Shown here one piece after another: positions 14,342 to 28,568 of a DNA stretch of 64,000 bases. The DNA comes from Hormiphora californensis (Eukaryota > Animalia > Ctenophora). The notes below the pieces were generated by a model. It searched no databases, had not been told where the DNA came from, and was given only the letters and a program-made list of their open reading frames with translations. Both the position numbers and the translations under genes were made by a program. Numbering within the stretch: the stretch's first letter is position 1; every line of letters starts with the position of its first letter. Where the stretch lies: NCBI GenBank assembly GCA_020137815.1, contig CM035355.1, forward strand, positions 310,001 through 374,000. Reading direction: 5' to 3'.

Positions 14342-16790
14342 GGAGAGAAGAGTGAGAGTAGATAGAGAGAAGAGAAGAGAGGAGAATATGAGGGATGCTT
14401 GAGATAGGAGCTTTCTCTCTCTCTCCTCTCTTACGAGAGAGGAGAGATCAGAGAAGTGAGATCGCGATAGTGAGAGAGGGAGAGGAAAGATCACATGAGC
14501 AACTTCGTCAGAAAAAAGTCTATAGTGGTCAGTATTAATTTGGGATTATCTGTCTGATTATAGTCAGCAGCTACTGCACGGGTGGTGGTGGCAGCATGAG
14601 GAGCTATATATCTCATTAAAAGATTACAGTTTCGATAATGACGTCACAAACTGTACAGTGTACACACAGACAAAACACACAGACAAACTGATTGATTATA
14701 TAAACTTGCAAGCTATGCTGTGGTCCAAGCTCGTATTATATGCAGCTTAGTTAGATGCAGAGCTGGGACCGCTTGAAGGATCTATAATACTGACACGCAT
14801 TTTAGTTGTCTCATCAAAGACTGTAGGTACTCTCTTCAGCATGCGATACATTACATTCATGTGTACTTAGAATAAAAGCATTCCGTTTCACAGGCAGTGC
14901 CAACTGACATAATCGGGATTGGAAGTCAAGTCAAGTGAGTCAATATATTGAGTAGATCTGCCCTCAAGAATCTTCTTATATTTTCTGTCCCTTTTCCCAA
15001 ATTTAATTTTCTGCAACTACTGCAGCAGTAACAAGATCGTGTTACCCACATGTGTGTGTGTGGGTGTGTGTGTGTGTGTGTGTGTGCCACCTAACAGCAT
15101 GAACTAACCAAAACATTGGGATCATGCCAGGAATTTCTAGTCTCTATCAGAACTACAGACTCATCTCTGTTATAGTATTGAAGATCTAGTAGAAACTCAC
15201 TGATTCCTTGGGTAATAGGTACTGAATGTGATTAGAAAGTAACAGGTGGGTACGAACAATTCATTTTTGTAGTACACATCTCAAGTTTCTTAAAGTGGCC
15301 CTACAACACTCTATCCATATCTGTGTGAACAATGGACTGTAACAAAGAACTATAAAATAGTTGACGGAGTGCACTAAGTACTAAAAAGGTTCTCGAGAAG
15401 CTTATTAAATATGTGAATAGGCCCTATTTACCTTATTTGAATTGCAGATTTTCCCAAAGGCCGCAATCGTGAATCTCATGATCTCTTTTCAGCACTTCCT
15501 CAACCCCAGTCCAAGATATTTCACTAAGTCATCTTAGCTACGAATGACAAGGATAAGTAAAGCAATAAAATCTACTTTATGCCGAGAGACGGTAAGTAAA
15601 ATATAGGAACAGCAAAACCAGAATAACAGATTGACTCTGTCTGGCGGCGCCATATACCAATTTAATTCTCAAATTAGTGCACTCAGATCGGGTTGGCGGC
15701 GCCAGACAGGATCTACTAGGGTAAATTCCCCAAACTGAATTATTCGCTAAACAAATTAGGATAGTCCATGGGTTGGACAATTAAAATTGGATATATTTCT
15801 AAACAATAATCCTTTTGTTTGGCCATCGACCGCAGTATTCGGATGATGCGATCACACAGCTAACACACCCAATCCTTGGCAGCTTTATCGATATACCCAC
15901 AATGTAGATCAACAAACATATTTTTCAACAATCTGTTATATCCTCATGGAAACCGTGGAATCAAGGGAGGGGAATGAACCGATATATCAGTGACATCATC
16001 CCAATATTAGAGATGCAGGAGGTTTGTGAGATTATCTCCATACAAAGAATAGTGGATACAGACAAGCAACACGTTTTAGGCTGGAACAATAGAGTCACAT
16101 GAGATTTAAATCATGCCGATATTCCCACATGGAGTACTATACATCATGCATTATATACTTGGAGATGATGGTTTTGTTCATACAGTGAGTCTGAACAAAA
16201 CAAGAAGTTGGAGGGGGGGGGGGGCAAATCTTCAACCTTCAATAGAGAACTTTCCCCTCTTTTTACAGCAGATCAGAGTGGAACAGAAATAAGCCGGGAC
16301 GGTATACATGGGTGCTGGAATAAAAGAGCGAAGTTGAGGTATAGAGGGAGCAAGTACGTAATTTACAGAGCCAGAGGGGCGACACTTTGAATAAACCAAA
16401 AGGCACCATGGCCCAATAGGAGATGTGTAAATGTCTCTAGATGTATGTGTATCATATGGAACTACTCATGAGATACCCCCACGTTACCATGGTGATTTGT
16501 ATAATAAACGGGGGAAGTAAACATGAAATATCTGGGTGATCTGCGGTAATCCCCGGGGGCAGGGGGGGGCACTATGAGCTGTAGTAATTGGGTGGTTGGT
16601 GATGAGATGATAGTTATGAGTCTACCAAGCTTTATGATCAGCTGAATATTAGAATAGATAGCCAGAAACAGATCTGACAAAGAGCGAAGCATACACCAAA
16701 GACTAGGAGGAGGGAGGGCTGATTTCAAACAAAACAGGTGGTACGAGATTCTTTATCATCAGAGAGAAAGAGAGAAGGAGATAGAGAGAG

Positions 16791-16831
<41 letters not shown>

Positions 16832-19624
16832 TAGAGAGAACGAGAGAGAGATCCTTTCTCGGTTCTCGGGAACTGAGAAAATGATCGATTTCAGGGAGAA
16901 ATTATCAAAGACTGCCAGGACCTACTGTATTGAGAGGGGTGTATCATCACATGATGCTTGACAGGTGTGATTCTGGGAGCATGCCAAATTCTTTCATCTT
17001 TTAGATTTGATAAATGATTGGTACACAACCTGCTATATTGGTTCATAACCTATTGGTACACGCTTTTCGTGTTCCTTTTTTGTCGTGGTATCCTGCACAA
17101 TTTGGATGTCCTCTACTAATTTCATATATTCAGCCTTGTCTACTAATTTCATATATCAGAGCTGCTTGTGTAGTCCAAATCTTTTGTGTGTAGGTGGGAG
17201 GGGAAGAGAAGAGAAAAAAAGATGTTGTTGTCCTACACTACATTACTACAATAGGACAAAAACAACAACGACGTAAAGTAGTAAATATGTTCTTGGATAC
17301 GAGATACATTAGTGTACTTTGAAGGTATCTTCTTGAAGGTATCAACACAAGTGCTTAACTTTTTGGACATTACACCACCCAGAATTCACACCCCGCTCCC
17401 TCTGCTTTATAGCCACTAATACTTTCAACCTTTTAGATCGATCATCATATGATTCCAATTTCCTCCGCTACTATCACTCTTTCTCAATCAAAGTTTATTG
17501 CTCGCGAAATTCTCTCAGTTTCTCTGATGAAATCCTCTCAGTTTCTCTGGTAGTGGATGATTGCAACATGGTATCACTAAGCTTTTTCCGTTTATTTCTT
17601 TGAGTGTGTACGTACGGTGTCCGACTCGGCGTGCAGTGCCATTATCTACTTACTCTCTCTGTCTTTCTATCGCACTGTCTCTCTCTCTATCTCTATCTTT
17701 CCTTCTCTCTCTTTTTCAGTACCATTCTTCAAACCACACAAACCAAATACACAGCCTACAGTGTGCGCTGAGTGTATACATAGAAAATTCGTGTATTGTT
17801 GTCGATAGTATGGTATGACAGAGATCAAGTCATAAACAAACATTTGATGTGTCACGAGTTACCATCCCAAATGACAAAAAACAATTTTTGGTGATCCCGA
17901 AATAGGAAGCTATGCTGTCTCAACTCTCGCCAGACCACTGAATTAGGATTTTTTGAAACTGTCCAACTATTCTGTGACACCCGGTATATTCTTGGTGAGT
18001 CTGAACTTCAGTTGAACTTCTTTTGGCTCTCATTCCTTTGTTTCTCTATACCAACTTCTTTTTTCTAGTGATATGCTGCAGTAAAAAAAGGAGGACAAGT
18101 TCGAAAATTTGAGCTTAGAAGGAAATTAGTCCAACCTTAGTATGCGACTACAACCCTTTCAAAATAGCACTCCCTTGACACAGTGAGACTACTAATATTT
18201 TATCTCGTCTATTATACAGAATATGAGGGCCAGCTTGGAATATACATACCTAATTTCAAATTATAATAGAGATTCTTACCGCAGAACTTCTACAGGCGGA
18301 AAACGAAGGATAATATTAAACAGGGGAGGAGGAAGCAGCTAGGGTACTGCATAATTTGACTGGCCCTGGGCCAATAGTGGGTGTCGACCCAGCTGGAGAG
18401 TCAAGCTCACTGAATTATAAACTTTCTGAGAAATATATTCCAAAGGGTATCTTCCTGGACGACACGCGGGGAGGGGGGAAGTGGGGCACTCAACAACACA
18501 CTATTTTAGGGTTCCGTGCTGAGGCCTAAAATTTTATTGTGAGGCCTAAAAGGGTGGAAGACCTGGGGCATTTTACAAAATTTGTAAATGCAAATTTTGA
18601 ATTGTGTATGGGTAGATCAAACTACATCTTGTATTGCACGAACAAGCCAAGACCATGCCAAGACCAAGCCAAGACTAGAAACATCATCATCATAAGCTGA
18701 GCATGGACCCCACATAAGAAAACAAAACAAGGATTATGATTGCCCCTCAATGCACCCCTATTATAATAGTAGACGGAGAGGGGGGTATTACCCATTAGCG
18801 TTGACCCAGGTCACACGACTACTCTAACAGCACATACGTTGAACACGGGCTCCCATCTCTCTCAGTCACCCTTTCACCCACCCACGATATATTGTCTACA
18901 TGTTTCTTTCTCTTACGGCGATTATTATACTCTCCGTATGCACGTGACACACAATACCTTATATGGGCATCACGTGACACACAACATTATTATTATACTC
19001 TCCGTATCCTTTTGCCGCTCGGTCCCCTCAATATTATATGTCGGATACACAGAGAGCTGGTTCATGAGCTAATCTTCTAGATTGTTTTCTAGCGCCAGTA
19101 TTGTGTATCAGTACTGAATGATACACCATGGAAGATTAATCTATCTATCATTCTGAGTCTAGACTAGGTGCAAAACGATATTAGAATTTTACAGACAAAT
19201 TTTACATCAGGTTGATATATAATGCATCATGTGAGATATGAGATATTCTACCACGGGGTATTATACAGAGTGTTATAAAGAAAGGCCTGACAGACCATAT
19301 ATTGGATATTGTAGTAAAAAGGCCAGGGTCTTTTAGATATTATAGTAAAAAAGGCCACGTAATGGTATTTTGGATATTTATACATGTCAGTGTAGCATGG
19401 ACTATGTGTGACAATTTGCTGATAGGCGTTACTTTGTGTGATTGTCAGATAGCTATAGGGCAACGCAAGGTAATTATGCATACAATATAATTATTCGTGG
19501 TGTTACTTTGTCATTGTGTATGATCACGAGGGTGCAATGAGCTGACATGAACATGCTAACAAGCGGGTACACTCACTATAATAACCTTTCTCTCTATCCT
19601 CTCTCCCTCACTCTCTCTCTCTCT

Positions 19625-19762
<138 letters not shown>

Positions 19763-20330
19763 TCTCCTCTCCTTTCTCTCTTCTCATCCTTTCTCCTCTC
19801 TCCTTCTCCACCCGACCCACCCCCTTTGTTCTCTATTTTCAACATTATTCAGTCTGGAGAAAAAACCAGCCCACCTTTGTCTCTTATCACACCCCTCTGT
19901 CCTGTCCTTCTCTGTCCCCTGATTCTCTGCCAAACCTCTCCCCTTTTCTTGCCGGTCAACTATGTCTGCTACTATTGCTACCATATACTTCCTTTTCTGC
20001 TGCCCGAGTGGTCAATGCTCTGGTACCTACACCTCTGCCCCTCTCCTTCCTTTCTCCTTCTTAACTCTCGGGCTTCTGTTTCTATCTCACCTTTCTCATC
20101 AGCTTCTATCTCCCCTTTCACTCTCTGCCCTCTTCCCTCTTGTCCTCCTTTCGCTCTTCTTCCTCCTTTTTCCTTCTGCACTTGGTCATTTCCTTCTGTA
20201 GTTGTAATACTTTTTAGCCTCTAAGCCCCCACCCGTCTGACCCGGTTTGTTTTCCTCTCTCCCTCACTCCTCTCTCTCTTCCCATTTCCTCCTTCCTCTC
20301 TCCTCTCTCTCTCTCTCTCTCTTTTTTCCC

Positions 20331-20366
<36 letters not shown>

Positions 20367-22147
20367 GAGTCTCAATCTGAAATCATAAAAACACAACACG
20401 CGCCTGTGCATACATGCAGGGGGGGGGGGAGAAACATAAACAATCAAATCCTACAACACCCGTCACCCATGGTAAATAAGTAAAAAACATGAGATAAGAA
20501 GGGAAACTTTTCAGAGTGGAACACGTGGATAATATTATGGACTAAAAATGGGAAGGATAGAGAGAGATAGAGCTGAGAGAGATGGCGTGTATGTTACATG
20601 TCGATAGGACTGATGACATTGGTAAAACTTTTACCTGGAACATATTGATCATACAGAACCAGACTTCTTGCTTTATAATGATCAATGAATACCCTGCTGT
20701 CCCAACCTTGGGCTGGTGACACCGACCGCGGCATAAAAGTGCTTTTTTCCTGAATGCCTGATTACACGCTAACATACGCGAGGACCAGTCGGAGCCTCGC
20801 CCACGTAAGACCAAAATCCCCCCATTACCTTAAATCCAATTTTTCTTCTACCTCCTCTAGATTATATACAAGCACCGGGGTGTATAAGGGAGGGAAAAAA
20901 TGGGAAAGGTAAGAAAATAATTTTAAGATTGTAGTTACATGCCCAAGGGTAGGGAACGGGGCTGGAAAACTTGTAAAAAATTTTTCTTTATTATCCTTCT
21001 CTTCCCTCCCTCTTCGTTCCTTCACTCGCCTCCTGTCCGCAATTTTTGTGTTAAAAACTTTGAACGCAAACAATTTAAACCCCCAAAAAACGAACCCTAA
21101 AAACCAAATTTCCCGTACATTAAGGAAAGAAAAATTTTTCAATGTTGGGGGAAATTTTATCGGACAAAAATTAAATGGGGAAGGACCCCTGAACGAGGTG
21201 AATGTCCTTACGATAGTAGTATACCAAATGCGTTTAAATTCTAACCGGGAACATTTACAATAAAAAGGCTTCGGGTATGTGGAATCCCCGGGCGGAATTG
21301 GGGTGAAGAAGAAGGGGGAAATGTTTTCGGGAAGGACTGATACGGTAAATTTTTCCCGGAAAAATTGAAAGGCCAAACCCCCTAAAAAATGAATACCCTC
21401 ACATTTACCAACCCACATCCTATATATTTTCTCTTCACTCCTCCCTCTACATGGTGGCATATATTCCCACACCACGTGTGTATAATGGGAGACAGTTATT
21501 ATGGGAAAGCTAATGACAACTCCTTTTAAACGATCTGCAGACAGGTCGACCGACAAAGATGACTGGAGGGTCGGAGACGAAGGGAGAGCTGGGAAAACAA
21601 GAAAAACTTAAGTGGGATAAAAACATAAAACGAGGAAATGGGAAAACTTTAGAAAATATTTTAAATATGGCGATGTTTTAAAGATTATCCCACGTTATGA
21701 AAGGGGTGAGCAGTTTATAAAAAATGTGAAAGACATGTTAAAATGAAACAGTTTACAAGATGGGACTGCCTTCCATGCAGCACGATGCTCATATTGTGAT
21801 TCATTTCCAAGGAGGAACAGTCACGTGACTGCATAATGACGTCACGTGACTGTATAATGACGTCACACACTTAATGACGTCATGAGAGAAGAACTTAAAA
21901 CAACAAAAACACACACACATCTCCTTTATTATACCGAGAGAGTAATATACATTGTGACTGGACAATATTATCATCACTGAGAGCTGAATGAACGCGTATC
22001 ACACTGAGCAGCACTTCGAATGATTGGATGAATTTGACCAACAACTGAGAAAAGTCACACTATGAATTACTAAGCGAGAGAGAATGGATGTGTGTGAGGA
22101 GAGAGATCTGATCAGACAAGCCAAAATTCGAAGAGAAAAGAAAACTT

Positions 22148-24189
22148 CTAAGCTGTTGAGAAGTCGCCACCTTGCAGACGAGCTTTCCATTTAACTAGAA
22201 ATTGATATATATAGCCTGTCAGTCCTACACTTATTGCTTTGGATTCTGAAGAGCCCATCAGCTGCAGCCCAGAGTAGTAGGCTATTGTTTTTGTGATATT
22301 ATTGCATGGACGACTCAGGGCGGGGGGGGGGGGGGGAGGGTAGGTTGAGAATTCCGAGCACTCTCTATCATATCGACCTCACTGGATCATCCCGCCTAAT
22401 TTTCTCTCAACCTCCCTCTCATTCATTCTCCTGCTTAATATTCCATTCCTCCATTCTCTTTCATTCTCTGACGTCATTATCTCACAGAGGTAAACACACA
22501 GAAGCCGACAAAGAGGACTGCAGCAGCAGGCCCGGGGGGGGGGGGGGGGCTTCATTGTGTACAACGAACATACTCGCTGATTTTCAATTGGGAATGCAAA
22601 GCGCGATGAAGATGGTATTAGTGAGCATGTTTGTTTTCTATGTCTGGGTTGCCAGTAAATCAGCGTGTTTGTTTGTTTGTCTGTTTGCCTGTTTCACTTA
22701 CCCCAGTTGATTGGACCAGTAAAGGAAGATTTCCTGCCCCCAGTTCCACCGTCCTTCAGATCAATACAGGACATCCTCCTCCTCTCACCAGTACAGTTCT
22801 GGGAGGACAACTCAAAGAGCCTATCAGCGAATGATACTCTCCGACTGTCACTATGAACACTCTGCAATGAGAATTGAAATTAGGAACCGACGACTTGTTT
22901 CGGTCGGTTCCTGATTGAAATATTTTATTGAGGGGAGGAAATATAAAATATGGCCTTAAATTTTTTTATCCGAGAAAAGGCACTATTTTGCTCATGTACA
23001 CACAAAAATAGAGATGGCATGGTACCAAAGTTCTCGTCTGTACGAATCTTTCAACACCTATAATTGCAGGCATAGTGTGTAGGTACTACATTTGATCTCA
23101 CTGAGATTTCATTCATCTTCCAACCTCCATCATATTCAGTGTAATCTCATATTATATACTGTTCTGGAATAATTCTAACGGCCAGTAAACACTGCTGGGT
23201 GCCGAGCTGCAGCTCAATTTCGAGCCATTTCCACAACAACACAATTCTCAAACCTGGTATTAACCCCCCTGGTAACCACCCAGTAACCATGACAACTCTC
23301 TAACCTGGCTGTAACCCCCTGGTAACCCCCTGGTAACCATGACAACTCTCTAACCTGGTAATCGTCATCATCCTCCTCCTCACTCTCCTCCTCCTGATAA
23401 TAATGGACCACTTCAAGGTTGGTGTCCAGGTAAGTGGGGGCTGTTAGAGGGGACAGTCCAGCCACCGGACCACCTCCCGCATCTATACTGCGCCGAGTAC
23501 GGGATGTTCGACGCTGAAAAAGGATAGATTGTTGTTAGATAGACGGACAGTTTTTATTTTCATTTGTTTTTGATTGTGTTGGGGAAGAAGGTAAATCAAG
23601 GTATATTTGGCAAATTTGAACTGCTCGTACTCTGTTTTACAGAGTGAGAAAGAGAGAAACAGAAAACAAATATCAGCTTGGTTTTCATGGAAAGAGTACT
23701 GGTACCAGAGAGGTAAAGGAGGTAATCATACCGAATGATATATCAAGCAGTGCAATGATCACTGATCTCAGAGAACATTCGGTAATTTGTCAAGGAACTT
23801 GGAATTACGATGACTTATCACATCGGTGATTTGATGAGAATTAATGAATGAAATAAATCTCTGGGATAATCTCTTGAGCAATGGTTTTTGATAGTTATTA
23901 GCCAAAAAATCAGCCACAAAAGCCAAAAGCAGGAGATTTGTCAAAGCTCGCCCCCCCCCCATTACAGGCTCAAAGAAAAGTGAATTTTAGATGAATAAAA
24001 TATGATATTGGGATATTACAAGCATATTTTAGGATATAACAATTAACATTTATCATTTTTCTTTGATATTATGAGATATCATCTTACCGTTGGTGGGTTG
24101 GAAGCCTTGAAGACGAAGAAGATGAGCCATCCGGCAAAGACAAAGATAGATCCGAGACTGAAGAGGTTTAACAGGTAGACGACCTCCAT
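22148..24189 (-). CDS. Uncharacterised ~155 aa single-pass membrane protein with acidic tract and RVxF (RRVSFAD) motif; 4 exons
   Basis: Exons 24189-24088, 23513-23355, 22861-22702, 22194-22148, all GT-AG and phase-compatible (0,0,1). Translation MEVVYLLNLFSLGSIFVFAGWLIFFVFKASNPPTRRTSRTRRSIDAGG...EEESEEEDDDDYQSVHSDSRRVSFADRLF...RRRMS...RKSSFTGPINWVKWKARLQGGDFSTA*. The last exon is the least certain. Confidence 0.65.
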
Positions 24190-25335
24190 GATAACACTCT
24201 GCAGCTCAACCCATATATGCACAGTCTGATACAATCACAACAATTTGTAATCCCCTCCTTCCAATGACATTCAATAAGTTTGCTATAGGAATAAAAGGGG
24301 ATATCATTACTAGTATTTTGTCAGGTACTGATGTACATAATTGTGTATTTATTAACATCAAAAAACACAGGGCCTGCACAGCCTAGCCAAGATCTTAGGA
24401 TAGCACAGACACTCATGCATAAGACATAGAATCGCTGACTAGGCCCAGACAAGAGGTACTTGTCACGGGGGAAAATTTGTATTTTTCATAAAAACGCAAA
24501 GTTGAATGAAGTCAAATTTCAAGTCCCGGTTTTAAAATTTAATATTGCGTTTGGGAGGGTTTTGGGGGAGAGAGAGAGAGAGAGAAGAGAGAGGAGAGGG
24601 GGAGGAGAGAGAGAGGAGAGAGGGAGAGAGAGAGGATGATAGAAAAGGAGAGGGGAGGAGGGGGGGAAAAGGAGAGAGAGAGAGAGGGAGGGGAGAGAGA
24701 GAGAGGGAGGGGAGAGGGATAGAGAGAGGCAGGGAGAGGAGAGAGAGAGAGAAAAGAAAAGAGGGAGAGGGGAAGGGGGAATGAGAGGGGGAGGAGGGGG
24801 ACGAGAGAAGAAGGAGGGAGAAAAGAGAGAGAGGGGAGAGGGAGAGAAAGAGAGAGATGAGGGGGGGGAGAGAGGGGGGAAAAAGAAGAGAGAGAGAGAA
24901 GGAGGGAGAAAAGGAGGAGAGAGAGAGAGAGAGAGAAAAGGGGGGTTCAGGGGGGAACCCATTTACTTTCATCTTCAGTTTGTTTTATTTCAAAAATTTA
25001 AAAAAATTTAATTTAAATATTTCAGAATGTGGGGAGGTAAAGATATCTTCTAGCGAATGAAGACAGACTCATAGCAAAAAGGCCCGAGGTTTATCTATTT
25101 GATATAAATTTGCCAAACATGAAACTTATGATCTTTTTTAAACCAAAAAAGCTTTTCAAAAAAAACGGAAAAGAAGTCGGGAAGAAAAAAGGGGAGAGAG
25201 GGGGGAGAGAGGGGAGGGAGAGAGAGAGGGAGAAAAAGGGAGGGGAGAGGGGAGACGAGAGAGAGAGAGAGAGAGAAGAAGAAAAATGAGAGAGAGATGA
25301 AAATGAAGAGGGGTGGAGAGGGGAGAAGAGGGGGG

Positions 25336-25410
<75 letters not shown>

Positions 25411-25939
25411 CAAGTGGCAAGGAGATACAATTACAGAGATAGGGAGAGATGGGGGAAAATGACAATGTTCAGACCACAAATGATGTGTACCTGTTCGTGT
25501 CATAGCCTATGTACGTGATATATATGTTTTATGATCTAAACAAAATAAATGCAGGTTAAATTACTAAATAAACCTAATTTTTGGATTTTATCCGGAGAAA
25601 TGGGAGTGGGTACGCTAAACAGAGCCATTATACGTACGATCTTACGGAAGAATAATTAGTATGAACTACATTTATATATAAGACATAAATGTAGATTTCT
25701 CACAGGAATAGTATGCGAATTTTATCGATTATCAATTATTAAATAATGAGCTAGGGATCTGGCTTTACACCATGGCGGTGAGATCAAATTAAATCAAAGT
25801 GCATAAAAATACACAATTGTGCTTATGTTTTAACAGGCTGATCTCTCGATATATAATATAATATATTATATTTGTGTGTTAAAAAACCACAAACGACGGC
25901 ACTAATATAACATTTAAGTATTTCTATCTCTCCCTCTCC

Positions 25940-25979
<40 letters not shown>

Positions 25980-26579
25980 CTCTCTTTCTCTCTCACTCTC
26001 TCACATCCCTCTATCGTTATTCCCTTTCCCGCATTTATAAATAAATGTATTAGCTGCGGTTCATTATTCGATTCTAATTAATGTCTCACATAAGTTAAAT
26101 CATAAACATCATGAGGCCTGAGGGTTTAAATAAATTCAACTTGATTATGCTAAAACAAAGTACTATGATCGAATTGATTAATGAGTAATGACGTCGCTCA
26201 ATACAGTTTTAAAGTGACTCATTATGTACCTACTTATTTTATCTTGATGGACGGCACAAACAAGACAGCGACATTTAGAACGTAAGTATGCATTATATTT
26301 TCATTTAACGCACTTTCTCACCAAAGACTTAAAGTCTGATGGACTCTAAACTAAAATATATGTTTTCTTTGTTTTATGAGTTTGTCATTTATTCAAAGTA
26401 ATTCATGAATCATGGTGGGCTCATCTTTATACAGGGCTCTATAAAACTCCATCGAGCTCAGTGTAACTGGAATCCTTGCAGAAAAACAAATAGAGTCCAA
26501 CATGAGTAACTGGCAAGTTTTGAGTGGCATGTTACAAACAAACTAGCAAATACACATACTATACAAACAAACTAGTTGG

Positions 26580-26880
26580 AAAGTTCATGTGTTGCCACGC
26601 TTGATATTAGTCTCATCTTCAATAGTTGATAGAAGTTTATGGACAACTGAGACAATGATTTTATTGCAGGAAATAAATCACACGACGGTTTCGTCGAACA
26701 TCAACATCATCAGGCTGCTCAAATTAATTTGTTTAAAGTAGTGTTAAAAAGTTTGAAGTTTCAAACTTTTCAATTTAATTTGAGCAGCCTGATGATGTCG
26801 ATGTTCGACGAAACCGTCGTTTGATTTATTTCCTGCAATAAAATCATTGTCTCAGTTGTCCATAAACTTCTATCAACTAT
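26580..26880. mobile_element. Inverted-repeat insertion (Penelope pLTR/retrozyme-like) with hammerhead cores and spliced-leader-like centre
   Basis: Inverted arms 26622-~26757 and ~26755-26880. A 12-bp direct repeat CAAACTAGTTGG at 26568-26579 and 26881-26892 is the probable TSD. Each arm reads SL-like + CAGC-CTGATGA-TGT(C/T)G..CGAC-GAAA-CCGTC + downstream AATAAA. Confidence 0.7.
26786..26822 (+). ncRNA. Minimal type I hammerhead ribozyme motif (variant with an extra U after A9)
   Basis: AGC-CTGATGA-T-GTCG-ATGTT-CGAC-GAAA-CCG-TC-GTT: catalytic core, 4-bp stem II, very short stem III, predicted cleavage after C26818. Mirror copy on the minus strand at ~26681-26716. Confidence 0.55.
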
Positions 26881-27067
26881 CAAACTAGTTGGGCAGATAT
26901 AACATTTCACAACACCTGTTATAAATCGATGGACTGCTCATAGGCTATGACATAGCCTAACATAATATATGTCATTTTTAAAATTGAGTTTGAGTCGGGG
27001 GTCCGAGTGAGTCAAATAAAATATTCTGAGAAAAAAAGCTTGGAAAGAGATTTTTCTCTCTCCCCCT

Positions 27068-27290
<223 letters not shown>

Positions 27291-27668
27291 AGGTGATCAC
27301 TGGTGCTGCAGTGTATGATCCCTGGCACAGGTGCTGCATGGGACACACATTCGTCTCACACTCGTCACTCGTTTTATATTTCTCCCTCGTTCCATCCCTA
27401 ACTACGCATTCCTTACTTTACTTCACTTCAACTCCTCAATACCCCCTCACCCAACAGTACTCAGAAGCCCCCTCTTTGCACCTCCCAAATGGGAGCTCAC
27501 ATGTTGAACCAGGACTAGGGGGGACTGGGGGAGCGTAATGACGTCATAAAAGGGGGGACAGAGAACAATCTAATAGGAGGCTATTTACAGACTCTCTTTC
27601 TCTCTCTCTCTATTTTCTTCTCCGTTCCTCTCTCCCTCTCTCTTACAACAATCTTAAAATCACATATA

Positions 27669-28568
27669 TTAGGGTGATTCATAATGATTGATCCTTGGTT
27701 ATTTCACTAAGAAATACTTGTCAGAATGATTTGCGGGTTGTTTTATCGGATCAAGGAGACGAAATATAGCTGATTAGCACATTAATTATCTGATTTTACG
27801 GTCAATAGCATTTTTGTGCCGATATTTGCAAAATTTGGTCTGGTTAGCGTCTCACTTCCCGTTTTTAGGCTCCTAAAGTCAGCAAATCGGTTCAAATTGT
27901 CTGAAAACTTCACTAAACGATAGCGTCAATACCATTTAAACAAGAAACATGTTTTTTGTTTCCAGTTGGAGGCTAAATTTTTTGTAGACTGCAAAATTAC
28001 TCGTAAAAATAAGAAAATTATGATCTGAAAAACAGCCATTTTGGACATCAGTTTAAAAAAACCACACCTATCAAAGATAACGAATGATAACATCAATATC
28101 ATTATTGATACACCTTAGCAATGGTTTGATCTAAGTTTTCTAGTGCTTGAAATGTTAATTTATGAATATTTGGTCTGGCAAGCGCTGCCGGAAGTCAAAA
28201 GACGAAAAAATAACGCCATTTCTTAAAACCCTTGCCAGAGCCGAGTTTTAAATTTTTGTTGTTCCATTTTGGGCTCATTTTAAAGCTAAGGCTATGGTCA
28301 AAGATATTGATTCGGCCACATATCAATAAACACTAAGATTTTAACGCCAGAGCTTGAAATGTGGCACCCCATTTTCTGAGGTGAGATTGCACCTTCGACA
28401 ACACTTAATATTTCTGGTGTCATGATGGCGATATATCTTCAACTGGAATATAGAAACTGTTTTCCAATCGCAAAATGTCCATACTAAACGATAAAGCATG
28501 TATTATTTGGTCCTGACTCGAAATCTGGGAGTTATTAGCCAAGGATCAATCATTATGAATCACCCTAA
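27669..28568. mobile_element. MITE with ~30 bp TIRs in a TA-rich target
   Basis: TTAGGGTGATTCATAATGATTGATCCTTGG ... CCAAGGATCAATCATTATGAATCACCCTAA, flanked by TATA on both sides. Confidence 0.75.
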
